The notes under the pieces: model-generated | What the model saw: only the letters and a program-made list of their open reading frames with translations | Databases searched by the model: none | What the model was told of the DNA's origin: nothing | Shown: piece by piece, positions 9,026-19,522 of the stretch | Layout: each line of letters starts with the position of its first letter | How positions within the stretch are numbered: position 1 is the stretch's first letter | From: a virus | DNA length: 64,000 bases | IMG/VR virus record: IMGVR_UViG_3300037321_000063 | Location: 5,850 to 69,849 of that record | Strand: one strand, 5' to 3' | Position numbers and translations under genes: made by a program

Positions 9026-10226
9026 TGGTCATTACTTAACTGAGCAATCACATACAATTGAATTCATCAATATCGTTAATAATATAGCCGAAGTGTATGA
9101 CGTAACCGAAAATATGTTATCGATGGATGTATTCGAAGATATTCGCGGCGGTGCTAGTACATTAGACCTAAGTTTATATGATGCTCACGGATTTATTGTA
9201 CAAATGAATTTGAATGGTGGTGAGACAATTAACATATCATTTACATCTGTTGACGAAGATGGTCAGAACTTTCCTAATTATGTCAAATCATTTAGAGTGA
9301 TAGATATAGCCGAAGTCGATGCGCCCAACGGTAAATCATCATTACTTGGATTCAAATGCGTCAGTGAGGTCATTTACAATAATAGTATGCGTACCATAAG
9401 CAAGTCATTTAAGAATCTCACTGTTGATGAAATGATTAGGCAATTAATGACGGACAATTTAGGCGTGGTAGAAAATTTACTATTAGAACGAACCAAGCAC
9501 ACTCGAAATTATATTGTGCCATTCATAAGCCCATTCAGTGCAATCAATTATTTGCTAACGGAATGTACATCGGCGTTAAATGGTACTGCTGATTTTATGT
9601 TCTATGAAAATATTGATGGATGGAATTTGAGATCGTTTGAAGATATGCGTCAAGGTGAGTATCTACCTAAAACACATAAGCTGATAAATACACCGTCTCA
9701 ATATAAAACATACAACTTTAATAATATTGGTGGCTATGCAATCACTAAGCATTTTAGTGTGTGGTCTGATAGTGTGGATGGGTATAATGATATTAATTTA
9801 ACTATTGTCGATCCCTATAATAAAACCTATTCAACCAAATCACACAACATCGATACATATAGACAAAACATAACAAACGTCAATGGCGTGTATACACCAA
9901 AGCCTAAATCGTCATTGCCAATAACTGGGGCGCGCGCAACTGAACACTTTACATTTTTCCCTACGATAAAGGATATGGAAACACAGCGAGTAAGCCGCAA
10001 TTTTGATTCATTTTGCTCCGATGGTAAAGTAGTTGATATTTCTATACCCGCAAACGTGGCTATTAAGTCCGGTGATGTTGTGTATGTGGATATATTGAAT
10101 AACGATAATAAAATAAATGCGAAATTAACCGGTAAATATATTGTGAAGTCACTGAGACATCAAATCTCACGTAGCACAATGTATACGCATTTACAAGTAA
10201 TTAAAGACTCGGAACAGGAAATATAA
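9012..10226 (+). CDS. gp27: baseplate hub gp27-like
   Basis: VFEDI, GGETINISF, FMFYEN, GKYIVKSLRHQI; lies between gp53 and gp5. Confidence 0.75.
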   Translation: MSINNGHYLTEQSHTIEFINIVNNIAEVYDVTENMLSMDVFEDIRGGASTLDLSLYDAHGFIVQMNLNGGETINISFTSVDEDGQNFPNYVKSFRVIDIAEVDAPNGKSSLLGFKCVSEVIYNNSMRTISKSFKNLTVDEMIRQLMTDNLGVVENLLLERTKHTRNYIVPFISPFSAINYLLTECTSALNGTADFMFYENIDGWNLRSFEDMRQGEYLPKTHKLINTPSQYKTYNFNNIGGYAITKHFSVWSDSVDGYNDINLTIVDPYNKTYSTKSHNIDTYRQNITNVNGVYTPKPKSSLPITGARATEHFTFFPTIKDMETQRVSRNFDSFCSDGKVVDISIPANVAIKSGDVVYVDILNNDNKINAKLTGKYIVKSLRHQISRSTMYTHLQVIKDSEQEI

Positions 10227-10227
10227 T

Positions 10228-11211
10228 ATGTATACAGGTGTTGTTGAAAATATAAACGATCCATTGAAATTGGGTAGAGTGCAAGCAAGATACTTTTCTA
10301 TCCATACCGAAAAGAAAGCCAATGGGATTGACTACGGAATACCAACGGCTGATTTGCCTTGGTCTTTTGTTGTATCCCCAACTACATCGGCATCGGTTAA
10401 TGGTATTGGCGATTCTCCTACAGGAATTGTAAATGGATCTTGGGTGATTGCCTATTTTAGAGGTGATGAAATGCAAGATCCAGTGATCATTGGTACACTA
10501 GTTGGCATACCTAGTGCGGTTGCTGATACAGAACGTGGCTTTAATGATCCAGAGGGCGTATATCCCAAAGAAGATTTTATTGGTGAGTCTGATGTAAATA
10601 GATTAGCTAGAAATGAATCGATTGACTCTACTATTGTTCAGGTAAAAATTGACGGCGTTGAAGTGGATATCGAAAAAGCTGATGGATCAATGTGGAGTGA
10701 ACCCATTACCCCATACGATGCAATCTATCCACACAATAAAGTCAATGAGTCAAAATCTGGACATATCACTGAGATTGATGATACTCCGAATGCGGAAAGA
10801 TTACATGAATACCATAGGGCGGGGACATTCAGCGAGATTCATCCTGATGGTTCGAAGGTACTCAAGATAGTAGGTAAGGCATACACAATTATATTAGACG
10901 ACAACAATATCTATATTCAGGGTGATTCTAGTGAAACAATTACTGGTGATAAATTTATCAAAGCCGAAAATTTGAATATAAATATAAGTACGAACGCGAC
11001 TATCAATATTCCGACAACCGATTGGGAAGGTAATATAAATCTTCAGGGCAATATGGTCGTCACTGGCAATGTAACGGCTACTGGTGAAGTCAAGGCATCC
11101 ACTGTTGTCGGTACTACTGAAGTCACTGCTAAAGAGGGTGCTGATAAGGTTAGTCTATCAAGTCATACGCATGGCGGCGGTAATGTACCACCACCAGATC
11201 CTAATACATAA
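10228..11211 (+). CDS. gp5: central spike gp5, short form without lysozyme
   Basis: GVVENINDPLKLGRVQAR OB fold, YPHNKV..SGHITEIDDTPNAERLHEYHRAGTF beta-helix, C-terminal SHTH. Confidence 0.92.
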   Translation: MYTGVVENINDPLKLGRVQARYFSIHTEKKANGIDYGIPTADLPWSFVVSPTTSASVNGIGDSPTGIVNGSWVIAYFRGDEMQDPVIIGTLVGIPSAVADTERGFNDPEGVYPKEDFIGESDVNRLARNESIDSTIVQVKIDGVEVDIEKADGSMWSEPITPYDAIYPHNKVNESKSGHITEIDDTPNAERLHEYHRAGTFSEIHPDGSKVLKIVGKAYTIILDDNNIYIQGDSSETITGDKFIKAENLNINISTNATINIPTTDWEGNINLQGNMVVTGNVTATGEVKASTVVGTTEVTAKEGADKVSLSSHTHGGGNVPPPDPNT

Positions 11212-11222
11212 AAGAGGTAATA

Positions 11223-11588
11223 ATGTTTTCAGATATAGATGATTTATTTGGGAGAAACCCAGTAACCAATGACGTAATTGAAGACGTTGAAGATCAATCC
11301 GTCCGTAACTCAATTCGTTCATTGGTATTAACATCTAAGGGTGAACGACCATTCCTACCATTTATCGGTAGTGATGTCAAATCTTCATTATTTGAAAACT
11401 ACTCCGGTGCAACTGCATACGTAATTGAGCGATCAATAAAAGAGGTTATTCAAAACTTTGAGCCTAGAGTGATACTGAGTCAAATCGAAGTGATCGATGA
11501 AATAGATAGCAATAGATTTACTATTAACATTGGATATCGAATAGTAACCGATACGAATGTTGTTAGAAACTTAACGATGCAAATTTAA
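11223..11588 (+). CDS. gp25: baseplate wedge gp25
   Basis: FSDID, SVRNSIRSLVLTSKGERPF, LFEN, FEPRV motifs. Confidence 0.93.
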   Translation: MFSDIDDLFGRNPVTNDVIEDVEDQSVRNSIRSLVLTSKGERPFLPFIGSDVKSSLFENYSGATAYVIERSIKEVIQNFEPRVILSQIEVIDEIDSNRFTINIGYRIVTDTNVVRNLTMQI

Positions 11589-11603
11589 GGAAATAAAAAA
11601 TAC

Positions 11604-13448
11604 ATGAGTAATTTTAAAGTAGACGCGAGTACATTTGCATCGATTAAGCAAGATCTAATTGATCGGATGAAAGCGAATCCAGCATTTGAAGACTACGATT
11701 TTCTTGGATCACGACTAAACAATCTAATGGATGTCATGGCATATAATACATTGTATGCCCAAGCCTATTCTAATGCGGCGCTGATGGAATCATTTCAATC
11801 TACAGCGCAGAATAGAAACTCAATTATATTGAAAGCTCAGGATTTAGGTTATAAGCCGACCGGTAGAATATCATCTAAGGCAACATTAAACTTAACATTA
11901 TCTTCAGGTGCTGTATTAAATCGGTACTCTACATTTGAAGGTGTGCGTCCAGATGGTCAAACATTTAATTTTGTCAACTGGGATGCCTACAACTTTATAT
12001 CTGGTAGCAACTTTATCGATGATGTTTTGGTTGTTCAAGGTGAAATACGATTTAAGCAATACACATGGTCGGATAATACCACCAGATTGCTAATCAAGGA
12101 CACCAGTATCAATCGAAAGCGTATTAGGCTAACCATTAACGATGTGGAATATAAAGAGTCTGAGAATGCCGCTAGGGTCAATTCAACGGACACTGTATTT
12201 TATACCAGAGAAACTATTGACGGCTTTAGTGAAATATACTTTGGTGAGGGTGAGATAGAAACCAGAGTTGGTCAAGAAGATATTGATCGCTATGTGGGTG
12301 GATTGAAGCCAATTAATAACGATGTGATCAAAGTAGAATATCTATCATGTAAGGGTGCTGACGGTAATGGTTCAACTGATTTTACATTTACAGGTTCAAC
12401 TACACCACAGGTTACGGTCGTCATTAATAATGCAACTGTATCTGCTAGAAGTGGTGCTGATAGAGAAACTAAAGAGCGTATTAAAAGTCTAGCACCAAAA
12501 ATGAGATTTACTCAGAATCGTGCGGTTACTTCTGATGATTATGAGGTGCTGGTGTTACAGGAATTTGGTAGTTATGTTGCATCTATTCTTGCGTGGGGTG
12601 ATGAAAGAAAGCCCGGTTTTGCATTCATATCAATAAAGCCCTCCGATGGATTAACTTTGCCACAAGATGTAAAGCTGAGTATCCAAAAGTACCTATCAAA
12701 ATATAACATTCTAACAATACAAGCATTAGTTGTTGATCCAGATTATATGTTCATTGAGCATAGCATCGAAGTGGATTATCGTATCGATCAGCTAAAGCAA
12801 AATGAGGGTAGCTTAGAGTCAACAATTATTGCGGCAATCGATGCATACTATTCTGTTGGTGTTGAGGAATTCGATAAGAGTTTTCACCTATCTAAGTTGT
12901 TGGCATTTATTGACAATTCTAACCCCGCGATATTGGGAAGTTCTGCCACCATCAAACTCGTTAAAGAGAATGGTGATTGGGTGGATTCTGATGGGGTGAT
13001 TGCATTTAGTAATCCATTAGCCTTACGTGCATTGGTATCAAGTGCCATACCATTTACTGGTCAAGGAAGTTCAGAAGCCATTAGCTTATACCTATTATCT
13101 ACTGATGATTCAAAAGTTATTCTTGGTCCATTCCATGATGATGATGTATTGGCATCCGGTGCGGTCGAATTCACTGACAATACAAAATTCGATAACAGTG
13201 AATATGATTCAACCGATAATAATACATGGTATGAGGTCGGTACGGTAGATTATCTAACAGGTGAATTGGTATATGACATATCATCTATACTAGTAACTGA
13301 TCAGATAAACAGCTTTGGTGATAATACAATACGCCTAAATATGATACCAACTGAATCTGATATATATACTAGTGATGGTCAATTAATCGCTTTTGAAAAT
13401 GACTTGCGACCTGAGTACACAACAATAACACTTGAGGGAATTTCATAA
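11604..13448 (+). CDS. gp6: baseplate wedge gp6
   Basis: FEDYDFLGSRL..MDVMAYNT, QNRAVTSDDY, FENDLRPEY motifs. Confidence 0.95.
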   Translation: MSNFKVDASTFASIKQDLIDRMKANPAFEDYDFLGSRLNNLMDVMAYNTLYAQAYSNAALMESFQSTAQNRNSIILKAQDLGYKPTGRISSKATLNLTLSSGAVLNRYSTFEGVRPDGQTFNFVNWDAYNFISGSNFIDDVLVVQGEIRFKQYTWSDNTTRLLIKDTSINRKRIRLTINDVEYKESENAARVNSTDTVFYTRETIDGFSEIYFGEGEIETRVGQEDIDRYVGGLKPINNDVIKVEYLSCKGADGNGSTDFTFTGSTTPQVTVVINNATVSARSGADRETKERIKSLAPKMRFTQNRAVTSDDYEVLVLQEFGSYVASILAWGDERKPGFAFISIKPSDGLTLPQDVKLSIQKYLSKYNILTIQALVVDPDYMFIEHSIEVDYRIDQLKQNEGSLESTIIAAIDAYYSVGVEEFDKSFHLSKLLAFIDNSNPAILGSSATIKLVKENGDWVDSDGVIAFSNPLALRALVSSAIPFTGQGSSEAISLYLLSTDDSKVILGPFHDDDVLASGAVEFTDNTKFDNSEYDSTDNNTWYEVGTVDYLTGELVYDISSILVTDQINSFGDNTIRLNMIPTESDIYTSDGQLIAFENDLRPEYTTITLEGIS

Positions 13449-16400
13449 TGGTAAAAGCTCCACAAATTACTGGTCTAAAGGCGGCTAACGTATCAGCAAA
13501 CTACATCAATCTTATCTGGGACAATCTGGGTGGATTTTTTGTATATCGCGTTGAGCGTTCATTAACTGGTGCTAACATATTTACCATAGTAGGATCGACC
13601 AGTGATAATAACTTCTGGGATGAAAGTGGTAGTGCAAATCCACTTATTCCAGAAACTGCATATGATTATAGAGTAGTAACTACAGGTGATGGTTTCTTAG
13701 CGTCTGATCCAGTGGCTGTAAATAATGTATTGACATTTGCAACAAACTTATATTCTGTATTATCGGCTAATCGAATCAATCCATATATCTCATTTGTTCA
13801 AGAGAAATTAGTAGAAGATAATGTAAATGATTATGTTAACTTTAATACTGATGAAATTCGTGTGGCATTAACCAATGCGAGTTATGTCTATAATCCAAAT
13901 GATTCAACACTGCAAGCATTAAATTCTACTGGTGGTATATTATCGAATCAGCCGAATCCTAAACGATATGGATTAGTGCCACAAGTATGCACAATTTCAT
14001 ATGGTACACATTCAATTATAATTAAAAATTCACAGTCCGGTAACGACACTCTATTGATATTAGAAGAACGCCAACGAGTCTCATTATCATCTACAGATTT
14101 CGGTGCTGAATGGGCGCGCGCGAATGTAGTAACTGGAAGTGTTATCGGTAATCCTACTAGTAATGGATTGGCATGTGGTGGTGATAATAATACATTCATC
14201 TTAGGCTTCGATAAAATCCTATCCCTATATGATGGTAGTGGAAGTAAATTATATAATGATATTAATGGCGGTACTGTTGAGTCAGATACATTCGACCCAA
14301 GTAAAGGACATCGGTTTTTCTCATATGCCAATTATCCGAACGGTATTGGTGATGGTGAAATACAAGCAATAACGTGTGATCAGAATAGAATATTTGCGGT
14401 AGCCAATGGCATCCTATTTAAAAGTGCGGGTACTGATCCAACATTAACGTCTACTACTTGGGCTAGTGGTATATCCATTACTGATGGTAGCACTGCAATA
14501 AGCGCCGATAGTGCAATAACTAAGATTGAATATTTTAATGGTTATATATTTGCTATGGTAATTGGTCGATTTAATAGTGATGGTGTTATTACACAGTATG
14601 ATAATTCCGCATTAACTATTCCATACCCAGATACAGATACTGAGCAAGGTGAATTATTTGCCGACATTGGATTGTATCGTTATAACATTGCAAGCAATAC
14701 ATGGTTAAAGATGTATGGTGTATCTGATGCCGAAAGAAATAAATTCACACTATCATCATCCATTAGCCGTAGCTCAACCGATATTATAATGAGTTTAGAT
14801 AGTGGTGCGGCTTCAGTTATTAATTTCAATGCGGTTGATGGTGTTGACAATATCGATGTCGATGCAACCGATGCCAATAATCCAGTGTATGAAAATGATA
14901 ATGGATTGGTCAGTAATGGTCGATCATATAGAACCGTTTACTATAGTTCTAATGGTAATGTATTTACTAGGGCTAACGAGCGTTTTAGATTCGAAGAACA
15001 TCATATCTATATTAATGGTGAGAGAACGTGGACAGACTTCAATAGACGTTTTGCACGATTAACGAATAATGAAGTTCAAACGCAGATTATAAACAACCCA
15101 TCGGAAGATTGGAATGACGGTGGATTCAAATTCTTTCTTGATGAAGTGACTATCAATGACTTTACCGGTAGTGCCACAGGTGCGCTAATCTATGCTAAGG
15201 GCGATAATAACCTAGAAGGTAAACTGATAGCCTATTATAGCTTTGGTAGCTTACAACGCTCTACAGCGACTTTATTGTTTCCATTCGATAGAACGATTAT
15301 CGAGGGTGTACTAACAAATAGATCATTAACTGAGGAAGAGATTGCGGTGGTGAACAGCTCACGATATGTTCACGCATCATTAGACCCATTAATTCAGAAG
15401 ATGCTACCGGAAGAATACATTAAAGATTCATCATTGTATGGTGAGTTCATTAAAGAATATTTACGATTCATATCAAATGATAATGACAGTGTATATGGTA
15501 CATTGGATCGCCTATTATGGAATCAAGATGTAAATGAAACTGAGCTATTAGAAAAGTTCTTTGGTGAGTTGTATCAACGTAACATATATGCGAGTGAAGA
15601 AAAACGTCAACTGGTTAATAAGTTTTTCACCAATACCAATAATGATTTTAATAGCATCAAAGGTACATTGGATAGCTACAAGTACATATTCAAATTATTG
15701 TATGATGTGGATATTGAAGTTGGATTAGAATCATCATCTAAGTTTGAGTTCTTTATCAACGTAACAACGAATGACTTTAATGATGATTTAATCGGTAGCA
15801 CGTTAGTTGGTGTAAATGGTAGTGCGAACATAACCTATGCAACAAAGAAATATACTAATGGTGTTGAGTTCTATGAATTCACATTGAATAATATCTTTGG
15901 TGAGATTGGTGATGGTGATGCATTAACATCGGTACAAGTGACTGATTGGAGTGGTCAAGCAACATCGTCAGTTACTGGTAAGGATTCTCCTAGTGATGCT
16001 GATAGCTTTGCGAGTAGATTACGAAGCTATTACACTGTTACAGTAAAGACACCAATTCCAGTCGGCATATACAGAAATACAATATTAAAATATGTTCATC
16101 CACTAGGCTTTAACTTTTTGGGTGTGTACTTAATCATATCCACTGTTAATTCTGGTTTGAGTATTGCACATAATACAACTGAGTTCAGAAGTCTATTCGA
16201 ATATAGATGGTCGTCTGGTGTTCCCGATGTATATCCAACATTAATACCTAACCTTGACGGTAACGGTGATTATAAGTATACGCTCGATCAACCCTATTAC
16301 AGAATTGGATATGAATCTGTTGCACCAAATGGGGGCGGTACTGGTGTTCAGAAAAGTTATCTTGTGAAGTCACCCACTGATTTTACGGCGGGTGTTTCAT

Positions 16401-19400
16401 ATCCATTACCGTCAACTTATTACATTACAGATGATGCAGAAACCGCAGTGGATTACGAAACAAAGTATGACACTATATTGCGTGGTCTAAATTCGGATGC
16501 GCGTAGAGAAACAAAGTCACCAACGTTTGATCAGTCGAATGTTAGGTTCTTTGATTTTGTGGATTGGGAAGGATCAGCTGGTCTAACACGCCTATCAATC
16601 TCAATAACCGCCGACAATGTATCTAAGTCATGTAACATCGCATCCACATTATCACAGTGCGCCAACACATTCGTATTATCATCAACCGTAACCAACGCAA
16701 CCGGTAATGTCGATTATTCGTGGTCTGTTGTAAGTGGGGTTGCTACACTAAGCGATCCAACGGCTAGTTCTACAAATGTTACCGCAACTGGTTCAGAGGG
16801 CGATAGCGATATTATTATTGTCGTATGTTCGATCACTGATGATACATCAACCGATAGCTCTACCATAATGCTCAATAGTAATCACGGTGTTGATTCAAGC
16901 GCGGTATCTGCATCCATCATTACTAATAATAATATAACTGATGCCGCATTGGACCTAGAACAGTTTTCATCATATAGAACAGCGACACCATCTACTAATG
17001 TTCAAGACTCTACCGAAAGTTCAAATTACCTAACGTCTCGTTCTGGTAAAGATGGTAAGTATGTCGCTATGCCATATGTTGATGCTAATGGTCAATCTGT
17101 GAGTGGTACAGGTAAGGTAGTTATATTCAAAAATAATAAAACAGCTGGAACTACCACCGCCGTTCAAACATTATATTCACAGACACCAACTGCTAATGGA
17201 GAATATGGATTAGCTGTAGATATAACAAATGCCGATAGCGCACACAAAATATTTGTAATTGATAAAGGTCATGCCGCCGCTAATGGATTTGGTACGGCTA
17301 TTGATATCTGGACATTAGTAGGGGCTACTTGGAATCGATTACAAACTATATTAACTGATAAATACATTACGTCTCAGGATGGATATTTAACTGCATTCCA
17401 AGATGGTGAGGGATTTGTACTAACAAGCGCATATGCTGACGAATGTACTGTATTTCGTGCAACGGCTAATGATTGGTCTACGTATGATGAATTTAATTTA
17501 CCAGACCCAATTTATTCTGCATCGGCTGTTTCGTATTATGGTGATTATATTATCAAGATAGAAGACCTAAACCCATATACTAATGATAATCATTTAATGA
17601 TCCATAGATGGAATGGTACAGATTACAGTGATAAGGTTGATTTAGGTCCGAACGATGGTGTTCACCCATTAGCAATGTCTATCAATGACGGTGGTACTGT
17701 ATTTGTCGCGGGTGATGGATTGTCTAACGGTGCATATGTATGGGAAGGTGATTACCCAACATATACTAAAACATTATTGGATAGAAGTAATTTAATTAGC
17801 TACGGATGGAATAGTAATAACAATATCGCATTAGGCGCATCGGTAACGAGAAGCGGTAATTTGGTTTCTGTTGGATATAATTCTACTGGTAGCTTTGGCG
17901 AATCTAGTAATGGTGGTGTATTAATCTATACCAAGGATCTTGGAAGTTGGGTGGACCAAGCATACGATATCAGCAATGACAGATTTGGTATTAATCATCA
18001 ACTAAACTCAAATGAACTATCATTAACTCAAGGTAGTGAAATTAATCCTATCGATAAAACGATATTCTATGGTTTGGATGCAATCAACGAACAATATTCA
18101 TCGGATACATTGGTATGTGATTATGTCAGTGGTAGCAACTGTGAAAACCTATTTAGATTTGGTGCTGAAGCGTCAGGTGGTAATGGTGGATATTTGTACA
18201 ACTGGTCAATTGATGATCCCGATTTTAATATTGTGGGTAGTGCGACTGAAAAAATTGTTACACTGACAAGAACCAATAATGTCGATACTGCTGAAACGGA
18301 TTTAGGCAACTTGACATTACGAGTAACTGATGATACAGCAACCGACTTAGGTGATCCATTATTCTTTGATGAAGATAGCTTGGAAATATCGTCTCAACAT
18401 CGGATTGGAATTGATCCACAGTTACAGTTTTCTGGTCAGACATTTGCAAGTCAACGGTGTTATTATACTGAAGGTACTACATGCAATCTAATTTGGCAGA
18501 TAGAATCTAACCCAATTAATGGTGTTGGTCCATATGATATTACGTGGAGTAAAGAAATATCCGATACGGTGTTTAGCTTTAACACAACTACCGGTAATAA
18601 TGTCACGGTTACCGGAACTACTCCGGTCGGTATATCACCAATTTCAGAACAGATAAGTGTCGCGGTCGATGTTACCGATCAAAATTCTGATGGTGAGGGT
18701 AGAGATACAATTCAGCTAAGTGCATTATTCTTGCAAGTAGTGGAAGCTACGATAAGTGCATCAACCGCATCTACTCAATCCTGTAGTTATGCAAGTGGAA
18801 GTTGTACCAATACATGGACATTAAGCGCATTGGCTACTGGTGGATTTAATCAGGGTTATGACTATGCGTGGGAAAAGGTATCTGGTGATGCCGAAGTAAA
18901 TTTAGTAGGCTCACTCACAGGTATAAATGCGACCGTAGAATCTGCTAACCCCACTGATACCGATGGAACATATAGTGCGATATTTAAATGCATAATAACT
19001 GATGCACAGGATAATGCGAATGTTGGTGATAGTGATTCATACACAGTTACATCAACTCACGCGACCAGTGCGACTACTCAAGCCAATTTATCTAGCTTAC
19101 CTACCGGTATAACGGCGGCGGGTCCATGGTTTCAGAATGGTGGTGCTGATGCAACGGCGTATATTGTATTTCATGCTGATGGTACATGGGAAAAAATCAT
19201 CGGTCAGAATGGTGGTGCGAATTCTACATTTAGTTCTGGTACGTGGGCAAGTCCAACGGTTACTGCATCTGACTATGAAATATTTGTAACTCAAACGAAT
19301 ACAAATTTCAGCACCATTATTCAGGATGATGTTGGTCAATGGCTACCGTTAAATTCTGATAGAGTGTATGGTGTTTTTTATGACCGATACGGATTATCTA

Positions 19401-19489
19401 CTAAAGATTATACGGTTGAGATAAGAGAGATTGCAACTCCGACTAATACAGATACAAAATCATTTAATGTTTACATGGAATTGACCTAA
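13448..19489 (+). CDS. gp7: baseplate wedge initiator gp7 with about 970-aa C-terminal extension
   Basis: MVKAP N-terminus, FN3-like start, KGTLDSYKYIFKLLY, YVHPLGFNF, PTFDQS motifs, then Ig-like and propeller-like extension. Confidence 0.88.
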   Translation: MVKAPQITGLKAANVSANYINLIWDNLGGFFVYRVERSLTGANIFTIVGSTSDNNFWDESGSANPLIPETAYDYRVVTTGDGFLASDPVAVNNVLTFATNLYSVLSANRINPYISFVQEKLVEDNVNDYVNFNTDEIRVALTNASYVYNPNDSTLQALNSTGGILSNQPNPKRYGLVPQVCTISYGTHSIIIKNSQSGNDTLLILEERQRVSLSSTDFGAEWARANVVTGSVIGNPTSNGLACGGDNNTFILGFDKILSLYDGSGSKLYNDINGGTVESDTFDPSKGHRFFSYANYPNGIGDGEIQAITCDQNRIFAVANGILFKSAGTDPTLTSTTWASGISITDGSTAISADSAITKIEYFNGYIFAMVIGRFNSDGVITQYDNSALTIPYPDTDTEQGELFADIGLYRYNIASNTWLKMYGVSDAERNKFTLSSSISRSSTDIIMSLDSGAASVINFNAVDGVDNIDVDATDANNPVYENDNGLVSNGRSYRTVYYSSNGNVFTRANERFRFEEHHIYINGERTWTDFNRRFARLTNNEVQTQIINNPSEDWNDGGFKFFLDEVTINDFTGSATGALIYAKGDNNLEGKLIAYYSFGSLQRSTATLLFPFDRTIIEGVLTNRSLTEEEIAVVNSSRYVHASLDPLIQKMLPEEYIKDSSLYGEFIKEYLRFISNDNDSVYGTLDRLLWNQDVNETELLEKFFGELYQRNIYASEEKRQLVNKFFTNTNNDFNSIKGTLDSYKYIFKLLYDVDIEVGLESSSKFEFFINVTTNDFNDDLIGSTLVGVNGSANITYATKKYTNGVEFYEFTLNNIFGEIGDGDALTSVQVTDWSGQATSSVTGKDSPSDADSFASRLRSYYTVTVKTPIPVGIYRNTILKYVHPLGFNFLGVYLIISTVNSGLSIAHNTTEFRSLFEYRWSSGVPDVYPTLIPNLDGNGDYKYTLDQPYYRIGYESVAPNGGGTGVQKSYLVKSPTDFTAGVSYPLPSTYYITDDAETAVDYETKYDTILRGLNSDARRETKSPTFDQSNVRFFDFVDWEGSAGLTRLSISITADNVSKSCNIASTLSQCANTFVLSSTVTNATGNVDYSWSVVSGVATLSDPTASSTNVTATGSEGDSDIIIVVCSITDDTSTDSSTIMLNSNHGVDSSAVSASIITNNNITDAALDLEQFSSYRTATPSTNVQDSTESSNYLTSRSGKDGKYVAMPYVDANGQSVSGTGKVVIFKNNKTAGTTTAVQTLYSQTPTANGEYGLAVDITNADSAHKIFVIDKGHAAANGFGTAIDIWTLVGATWNRLQTILTDKYITSQDGYLTAFQDGEGFVLTSAYADECTVFRATANDWSTYDEFNLPDPIYSASAVSYYGDYIIKIEDLNPYTNDNHLMIHRWNGTDYSDKVDLGPNDGVHPLAMSINDGGTVFVAGDGLSNGAYVWEGDYPTYTKTLLDRSNLISYGWNSNNNIALGASVTRSGNLVSVGYNSTGSFGESSNGGVLIYTKDLGSWVDQAYDISNDRFGINHQLNSNELSLTQGSEINPIDKTIFYGLDAINEQYSSDTLVCDYVSGSNCENLFRFGAEASGGNGGYLYNWSIDDPDFNIVGSATEKIVTLTRTNNVDTAETDLGNLTLRVTDDTATDLGDPLFFDEDSLEISSQHRIGIDPQLQFSGQTFASQRCYYTEGTTCNLIWQIESNPINGVGPYDITWSKEISDTVFSFNTTTGNNVTVTGTTPVGISPISEQISVAVDVTDQNSDGEGRDTIQLSALFLQVVEATISASTASTQSCSYASGSCTNTWTLSALATGGFNQGYDYAWEKVSGDAEVNLVGSLTGINATVESANPTDTDGTYSAIFKCIITDAQDNANVGDSDSYTVTSTHATSATTQANLSSLPTGITAAGPWFQNGGADATAYIVFHADGTWEKIIGQNGGANSTFSSGTWASPTVTASDYEIFVTQTNTNFSTIIQDDVGQWLPLNSDRVYGVFYDRYGLSTKDYTVEIREIATPTNTDTKSFNVYMELT

Positions 19490-19496
19490 TGAATGA

Positions 19497-19504
19497 TATA
19501 AATA
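19497..19504 (+). promoter_or_regulatory. late promoter TATAAATA
   Basis: Exact consensus upstream of gp8. Confidence 0.8.
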
Positions 19505-19522
19505 TTAAAAAGGAAATATTAA

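Noticed and set aside
16590-19489. Diversity-generating retroelement target in the gp7 extension
   Set aside because: No reverse transcriptase and no adenine-variable repeat pair seen in the window.
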